Shown here one piece after another: positions 51,699 through 57,466 of a stretch of 57,466 bases of DNA; positions within the stretch are counted from its first letter, which is position 1; every line of letters starts with the position of its first letter. Source of the DNA: a virus. Taxonomy: Duplodnaviria > Caudoviricetes. The notes under the pieces are model-generated. The model searched no databases, was not told the DNA's origin, and saw only the letters and a list, made by a program, of their open reading frames with translations. Where the stretch lies: IMG/VR virus record IMGVR_UViG_3300048026_000121, positions 1-57,466 of that record; one strand, written 5' to 3'. A program made the position numbers and the translations under genes.

Positions 51699-54600
51699 TT
51701 ATTTTTTCTTATTAGCCTTGGTCATTAGACCACCTTTGTTACCTGCTGCTGCAGATGTAACATAATCCTGCATTGTTTGTTGTTGTTCCTCAGTGCCACC
51801 TGTCGTAGTAACTTCTGAGACATTTCCAGAATCATCAAGAGTAACTTGTGTGTCCACATCTTTGTCTGCTTTTTTAGCTGCTTCTACTAGACTAAATAAA
51901 GGTGGATCATCATCATCACCTGTTAGAAGAGCAGTTTTCTTCTTGTTGGCTTCTGTATCTTTAAAGGTGTAGTTACCCTTTTTATCTTTATCGAAGAGCA
52001 AGCCTAGTCTATTCATAGTAGTCTCAGCTTTTTTGTTACCATCTGCAACAATGTCTTCTAGGAATTGAACAGCGTTATTAGACTGTGCAATATAATCTTT
52101 TACTGCGTCATCAATCTGCTTTGCTTGATCTTCCATACCTTGCGCTCTAGCGATGATAGCTGCTGCACGTAGATCAGATATTTTACCTAGACCCATAGCA
52201 GTTTGAGCAACACCTGCACCAATCATTCCTGCAGGACCAAGGGCTGCACCTGCAAGGGCAGTACCTATACCACCAAGCTTTTCAAGCTTACTTACTTCAA
52301 GAGTTTTTGCAAAGGCTAGTGGATCTGTCCAGTCTACGTCTTGGCCCCACTGTTCAAACTCGTTTCCTGAGGTAGGTGTTGTAGGGGGAGGTGTTGAACC
52401 ACCATCGTCACCACCTGTAGGTTGTTGTGTAGCTTGCTGTGCTTTCTTAAGGGCTGAACTGCCAAACTCATAGTAAGGAGGGACAGTGTACTGCTCATCT
52501 CCAGGGTTCTTTAATTTACCGTTAACGTACTCAAGGACTCTTTTCTGATTTGTCTCAGCATTAACAAACGTTTTAAATGTTGTAACACTATCTTGTTGCG
52601 ATGGTTGATTGAAGGTTGAACCACCAACTGTAGCCCAGTCTTCAGGATTAAACCCACCACCACCTAGCTGCTGTGCTTGCTGCGTATACTCATCAGGCAT
52701 TGTAAGAATACCTGCATTAGCTTGTACAGGCATAGGAGCAGGTTGTCCTGCCTGTGGAGCACCACTCATGTTCTGTTGAATCTGCTGTGGGGTAAGAGGT
52801 TCACCACCAATCCTACCATTCTGTTCCATAGACTGCAAGCCTTGTTTGGCCTTGCCACGTAGTCCTTCAAAGAAGTTTACTCCATAGTATCTAAGAACAT
52901 CAGCAGGAACTACGTATTCACCTTCAGACAACATAGCAGGAATATCATCACGTACTTCTTTAGCTAGTGAGCCAGGAGGAATATCATTTCCAGAGACAGG
53001 ATCTTTCTTCATGCCATCGTCTGCAATACCACCATACTCAAACAACGACATCTGTTTCTGCATATTCATGGCTGCACCACCCTCATTAAAAACTCTAATT
53101 TTATCATCTTTAGTTCTGACACCCATCTCTTTCATCTGCGAGATAGTTGGCTTCTTTACATTCTTAGCAAGAACAAGTGGTCCTACTTGTATAATCTCTT
53201 CAGCTTCAAATACAGGCTTACCTGTTTTCTTGTCGTAGAACCCACTACCACGATATGGATTCATACCTACCTGTGTCCACTCTTTTGATCCTGAAGCAAT
53301 AATTTCTGCAGCTTGACGTTGTAGATCGTAAGGATCTTCTGAGGTGTACTCTCCAAAGATACGAGCAATGGTGGCTTTGTTTTGTTTGGCAGGTCCACCA
53401 GTCTTTTTATCTGTGGCATCTTGCAATGTCTTTCGATCAGTACGTGTACCTCTAGCAATATCTAACGCTGTGTCTGCGTCAGAACCAAACCTAATATTTT
53501 TAAGTCTGATCGCCTGACCGTAACCTACAACAGAACCAGACTTTTGATTTCCATCATGTATAGAGACAACCCACTTATCATAGTCGTCATAAGCAGGAAT
53601 ATCTAGTCGAGATGAAACAACCTGACCTTCTGCTAAATCTGCACCTTCAACACCTAGGATAGGATACCTCGTACCCTTCTTACCTAATGAACCTTGTACT
53701 TCTGTAAGAGAAGGAAGTAATTCCATAACTTCCTCTGCTGTGTATTCTTTTGGTTCAGGGAATGCTTCTTGTATACGCTTCCTTGCTTCTTTAGAAGTAA
53801 TCTTACCCTCTATAAGAGACTGTGCTGCTGCCTGTGCGTCAGGTAAATTCTTTTGCCTCTGGGTCTCAGGTAGTTTATTATCTTTACGCCATTGCTCTAA
53901 TGCATCAAGATCATTACGTAGACGTGCTGCCTCTGCTGCATCTGCTGATCTATCTACAGGAGCTTTTTTCTTAATAGCACCAACACCAAAGGCTGACATT
54001 GCACTTGGGTCAATCTCATACTGTTTTACTTTATCTGATAAGGCTTTAACACCTTTGGCACCGTACTTACCTACAACACCACCCATAAGTAAAAGACCTG
54101 CTTCAAGAGCAGCACTTTGTCCTGCCTCTGTGAACTGACCCTTGATGTAGTCGTAGTCACGTTCACCCTCAGGTTTCATGTATTCTTCTACAACGTTAGA
54201 GATATTTACACCTGAGTCGTAGAAAGGAATTAGAAATGATGCAGCATTCTCCACACCTGCCATAAGTTCGTCTTCAGATACTTGCCCTTTAGCTTCTGAA
54301 AAACTTCTGAACCCAGGTCTACGAGAGTATGCACCACCAAAAGCTTTATCTGTTTGATCAGCTACACCACCTTCATTGTACTGACCTGTACCAAAATGTT
54401 TACTAGGGCTAAACAAGTACTCTACAAAACCTTTAAACTCTTCACCATAAGGCTCAAGCTTTCTTCTTACCTTACTCATAAAGGTTTCATCAGGATCATT
54501 GTAATAGTGCTCAGAGGTAGGGTCACTCTGCAGTCTTGCTATTTCTTTTAGCTCTTCTTCATCAAACCTTGGTTCTTCAGCCATTCCACCCTCATTAAAC

Positions 54601-54869
54601 TTTAAAGAATCGCTACGTTTACGAGCAGCTTCAGTTGCTTCTTTTAAACTGTTATGAATACTTGTGGGTTTAACTATATCCGCTTCCAACATAAGAAGCA
54701 GTGTTTCTTCATCATAGGACTTACCATCAAATATTGTGGGAACATTAACCCACTTACCTTTGTATTTAAATGTTGTAGACTTTTCAGATACTAATTCACC
54801 TTCAGGGGTTTTATATACGTCACGACCTGCCTGTGTTTTCTTACCAGTCTTCTTTCCAACATCAGCCAT
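51699..54869 (-). CDS. Large modular virion-associated protein
   Basis: DPVSGN..PPGS...VRDDIPAMLSEGEYVVPADV core; modules delimited by [FY]xxGG motifs. Confidence 0.7.
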   Translation of the reverse strand: MADVGKKTGKKTQAGRDVYKTPEGELVSEKSTTFKYKGKWVNVPTIFDGKSYDEETLLLMLEADIVKPTSIHNSLKEATEAARKRSDSLKFNEGGMAEEPRFDEEELKEIARLQSDPTSEHYYNDPDETFMSKVRRKLEPYGEEFKGFVEYLFSPSKHFGTGQYNEGGVADQTDKAFGGAYSRRPGFRSFSEAKGQVSEDELMAGVENAASFLIPFYDSGVNISNVVEEYMKPEGERDYDYIKGQFTEAGQSAALEAGLLLMGGVVGKYGAKGVKALSDKVKQYEIDPSAMSAFGVGAIKKKAPVDRSADAAEAARLRNDLDALEQWRKDNKLPETQRQKNLPDAQAAAQSLIEGKITSKEARKRIQEAFPEPKEYTAEEVMELLPSLTEVQGSLGKKGTRYPILGVEGADLAEGQVVSSRLDIPAYDDYDKWVVSIHDGNQKSGSVVGYGQAIRLKNIRFGSDADTALDIARGTRTDRKTLQDATDKKTGGPAKQNKATIARIFGEYTSEDPYDLQRQAAEIIASGSKEWTQVGMNPYRGSGFYDKKTGKPVFEAEEIIQVGPLVLAKNVKKPTISQMKEMGVRTKDDKIRVFNEGGAAMNMQKQMSLFEYGGIADDGMKKDPVSGNDIPPGSLAKEVRDDIPAMLSEGEYVVPADVLRYYGVNFFEGLRGKAKQGLQSMEQNGRIGGEPLTPQQIQQNMSGAPQAGQPAPMPVQANAGILTMPDEYTQQAQQLGGGGFNPEDWATVGGSTFNQPSQQDSVTTFKTFVNAETNQKRVLEYVNGKLKNPGDEQYTVPPYYEFGSSALKKAQQATQQPTGGDDGGSTPPPTTPTSGNEFEQWGQDVDWTDPLAFAKTLEVSKLEKLGGIGTALAGAALGPAGMIGAGVAQTAMGLGKISDLRAAAIIARAQGMEDQAKQIDDAVKDYIAQSNNAVQFLEDIVADGNKKAETTMNRLGLLFDKDKKGNYTFKDTEANKKKTALLTGDDDDPPLFSLVEAAKKADKDVDTQVTLDDSGNVSEVTTTGGTEEQQQTMQDYVTSAAAGNKGGLMTKANKKK

Positions 54870-55050
54870 TCACTTCGTCCCTAAGTCTTTTTAATCTACG
54901 AAGACAGGTCACATGTCCCTGCAACCTGTAAAAGTCTTCTGGTGTTGTAGCCTGTTCCATCTGGACATGAACACGTTCAATCTTCTCGTCCATCTCTTCT
55001 AGAAAAGACTCCCAGATGTCTTTGTTGTTTACGAGTAGTTTAAGGCTCAT
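54862..55050 (-). CDS. Small protein downstream of portal
   Basis: YRLQG helix-hairpin pattern; coupled to the portal gene. Confidence 0.7.
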   Translation of the reverse strand: MSLKLLVNNKDIWESFLEEMDEKIERVHVQMEQATTPEDFYRLQGHVTCLRRLKRLRDEVNG

Positions 55051-57179
55051 CCTTGTCCTTGTCCTGTGTTACCTGAGAACCCTGGTTCACCTGGTGTAGG
55101 AGCACTACCTGTACCTATCTGACCACCACCAGAACCCTGTGTATCCTGTGCCTGTGCTCCTGCAGGTACTGCACCCTGTGGTGCTGCTCCTGGAGGTGCC
55201 TGAGGTGGTGCAGGGGGTGGGTTAGCTTCTTGGAACTTCTTGAGGATTTCAGCTTGGATTGCTGCATCAGTCATTGAGTTTGCTACTTTATCAGGATCAA
55301 GATCCATAGAGTTTGCAATCTCTCTGATAATATAATCCATTTTAGCAAATGGTGCAAGTGCAGGATTCTGCACGACACCCAAGAACTGCATCAAGCGTTG
55401 GCTACGTACTTCGTTAGCCATCAACGAGTTTGTACCTTCTGCTTTAACTTCTAAGTCACCCTTAATCTCAGGATCAAAATCAAACTGCATGTTGAAGCTG
55501 AAGAATGCTTTAGCTAGTGGGCCAAGCAGGTAGTCATCAATGTTCTTAACTACTGTGCGAATAGAACCATTAGCAGCAGACATAAGCATAGAAATACCTG
55601 AAGCAGTCCGACCAACGCCACTGACTCCAGTCTGCCCATGAGCAAACGAAGGAAAACCAGTACTCTCATCTGATAGTTGCCTTGCCTTATCGAACATCTG
55701 CATGTTCTCATTAGATACGTTAGGGAACTTGGTGCCGAAGATGGCCTGACCTGGTGCTCCCCCCATTCTACGTAGGACTTTGCCTGGGTAGATAGACAAG
55801 TCTTGTCCAGGAGCTAGGTTTGTTTCGTCTACTTCGATAAGCAAGTTACCCGAAAGTGCAGCATTATCTACACTCATACGCATAAAACCATTCATTAGGG
55901 TCTGTGTATCATCCATATTCTCTGCTATACCTACCCCAAAGAATGAGTAAGGATTCACTTCATATGGTACAGCATAATACGGAAGTATCGCAGGAGTGAA
56001 TGGGTTCATTACAAGACGTATAACCTGACCATTACAGATCCAGATATTTACTGATAACTGGTCTCTGTCTTTCAATTCCTTTGGAATATCTACGTCATGA
56101 TCTTTTAGAATGTCTGTATCTACATAACCCCAGAACTCAAGGACGTTAAATCTTTCTGATTTAGTCTCTTGGTCTGCATCCTCCATGACCTGTTCCCACC
56201 ACTCTTTGCTATAGGATTCACCCATCTCAATAGCAATATCAATGGCGTTAGATCTGAAGAAAGGTCTGTTTTTTAGTCCTCTCATTTGAGAACGAGACAT
56301 CTTATGACGTTCTACTACGTACTCTGCTTCGTCCATATTGTTAGCATCTGGATCAGGGTAGAAGTTCCAGATAGAAACAGAAGCAGTCTGGGGGATAGTT
56401 TTGAACATAGGAGAGTAGTTACCCTCCTCATCCCAATCAGGATACTCTTTGTCTAGAGCAAATGGCCCCTTCATAATACCTGTACCAAAGAGAGCAGTTT
56501 CAAAGGCTGTATTACGAAGTTGCTTGCTTGCGTTAGATTCTTCTAGCTGATCATGGATCTTCTTTTCCATCTTCTTAGCTGCAACCATTGCAGGATGGAA
56601 AGTAGGTTGAGATGGGGTAGTGCCCTCACCTTCTCTTAGATCATCCATAACAGGATCTAGTTTATTCTTTAATCCACCTAGACGTTCACGTAGATCAATT
56701 ATTGTTTCACCAGGTTGCAACTTCGTGTCTTCTGGTGATAGCTGTGGTGCTTGACCTGTAGCTGCTTTGATCTGTGGGTTAGCTTCAAAGTGTACAGCTT
56801 CTGCTACGCCATCAGGAAGTCTGGTAGGATTAATAGAGATAGGAAACTTATGAGAGCCAAAGAGAACATCTACGATCTGACCATACGCAGCCAAAACCTT
56901 TGTCTTAGTAACTTTAACAAAGACACGAGACTTCTCTGTTGTAGTAAACTGAACATCAGGGCCATATACCCCTCTGTAGTTTTGATATGCTTTAATCCAT
57001 CTCTGTTCATCAGAGTAACGAGCTTTCTCAGCTTTGTTATAACGTTCCTCTACAAAGCCAACAATAGTACCTACTGTAGGATCACTGAATACATCAGAGT
57101 CGTCTACGTCATCTGCGTAAGAGGAAGTAGCCTCGTCAATAGACAGTTCGTCTGATTCAAAAATGTCATCTTCTTCCAT
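55047..57179 (-). CDS. Portal protein
   Basis: 710 aa, FGTGIMKGP, FYPDP, FFGVG and RTASGISML; follows terL. Confidence 0.9.
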   Translation of the reverse strand: MEEDDIFESDELSIDEATSSYADDVDDSDVFSDPTVGTIVGFVEERYNKAEKARYSDEQRWIKAYQNYRGVYGPDVQFTTTEKSRVFVKVTKTKVLAAYGQIVDVLFGSHKFPISINPTRLPDGVAEAVHFEANPQIKAATGQAPQLSPEDTKLQPGETIIDLRERLGGLKNKLDPVMDDLREGEGTTPSQPTFHPAMVAAKKMEKKIHDQLEESNASKQLRNTAFETALFGTGIMKGPFALDKEYPDWDEEGNYSPMFKTIPQTASVSIWNFYPDPDANNMDEAEYVVERHKMSRSQMRGLKNRPFFRSNAIDIAIEMGESYSKEWWEQVMEDADQETKSERFNVLEFWGYVDTDILKDHDVDIPKELKDRDQLSVNIWICNGQVIRLVMNPFTPAILPYYAVPYEVNPYSFFGVGIAENMDDTQTLMNGFMRMSVDNAALSGNLLIEVDETNLAPGQDLSIYPGKVLRRMGGAPGQAIFGTKFPNVSNENMQMFDKARQLSDESTGFPSFAHGQTGVSGVGRTASGISMLMSAANGSIRTVVKNIDDYLLGPLAKAFFSFNMQFDFDPEIKGDLEVKAEGTNSLMANEVRSQRLMQFLGVVQNPALAPFAKMDYIIREIANSMDLDPDKVANSMTDAAIQAEILKKFQEANPPPAPPQAPPGAAPQGAVPAGAQAQDTQGSGGGQIGTGSAPTPGEPGFSGNTGQGQG

Positions 57180-57188
57180 AGGTATTCC

Positions 57189-57466
57189 TTAATAACCAAA
57201 TGTTGGGTCTGAAGCCTGAAAGCCAGTTCTCTGTGAAGCAGGATCAAAGTCAAACAGGCTGCTTCTTGGTCTTGTCATTACGCCATACCTTAGGGCATCA
57301 TACAAGTGGTCTTCAGAGTTTGTGTCTACATCCTCAGGATTTCTTTTGTCTAGAGGAATAGAGGGAAGCTGAGATATAAGATGAGTGCAATTAGAAAATA
57401 TGACAAGTCTTGGTTCCTCTGTAAACTCATCTACCTGCAGTCTTCTATGTATTTCGTTCTTACCAG
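57189..57466 (-). CDS. terL: Terminase large subunit 3' end, second allele (partial; right copy of end overlap)
   Basis: Translates ...DHLYDALRYGVMTRPRSSLFDFDPASQRTGFQASDPTFGY*, three residues different from the copy at 22-299. Confidence 0.92.
   Translation of the reverse strand, partial: GKNEIHRRLQVDEFTEEPRLVIFSNCTHLISQLPSIPLDKRNPEDVDTNSEDHLYDALRYGVMTRPRSSLFDFDPASQRTGFQASDPTFGY

Noticed and set aside
57168-57466. Physical direct terminal repeat at the window ends
   Set aside because: The identical part is exactly 127 bp, lies inside terL and is flanked by a diverged allele, which fits an assembly overlap. The likely true ends are in 7700-8600.

Overview
The window is an essentially complete, circularly permuted ~57.2 kb genome of a tailed dsDNA phage with podovirus-type structural genes. 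The unit length is 57,167 bp, taken from a 127-bp end overlap. There are two arms. The + strand arm (8607-24075) carries early and replication genes: XRE regulator, tRNA-Arg(UCU), ThyX, T7-like primase-helicase, family A DNA polymerase, SSB, Cas4-like exonuclease, endonuclease I, MazG and class II RNR. The - strand arm (7700 to 1, then 57466 to 24110) carries lysis, terminase, portal, scaffold, capsid, tail and internal virion genes. The arms diverge from a ~900 bp non-coding control region and converge on a bidirectional terminator. No RNA polymerase or integrase was seen. GAAC-N7-GAAC LexA boxes, a DUF1127 gene and the SIO1/cobavirus-like gene set suggest an alphaproteobacterial, probably Rhodobacteraceae, host (inference). 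The most striking element is 33503-47042. It holds a nucleotide-heptose pathway (HldD, HldA, HldC, GmhB, and a cupin where GmhA is missing), a carbamoyltransferase and a GT9-like glycosyltransferase. These lie directly downstream of an ~11% Cys 1142-aa fibre-associated protein and a tail fibre whose motifs are progressively substituted with Cys. This is a candidate system for decorating tail fibres with (carbamoylated) heptose, possibly S-linked. Also notable are a dense array of operator-like sites upstream of the first early gene and a pair of covarying AU-rich hairpins. All family assignments come from motif recognition by eye; no database searches were run.
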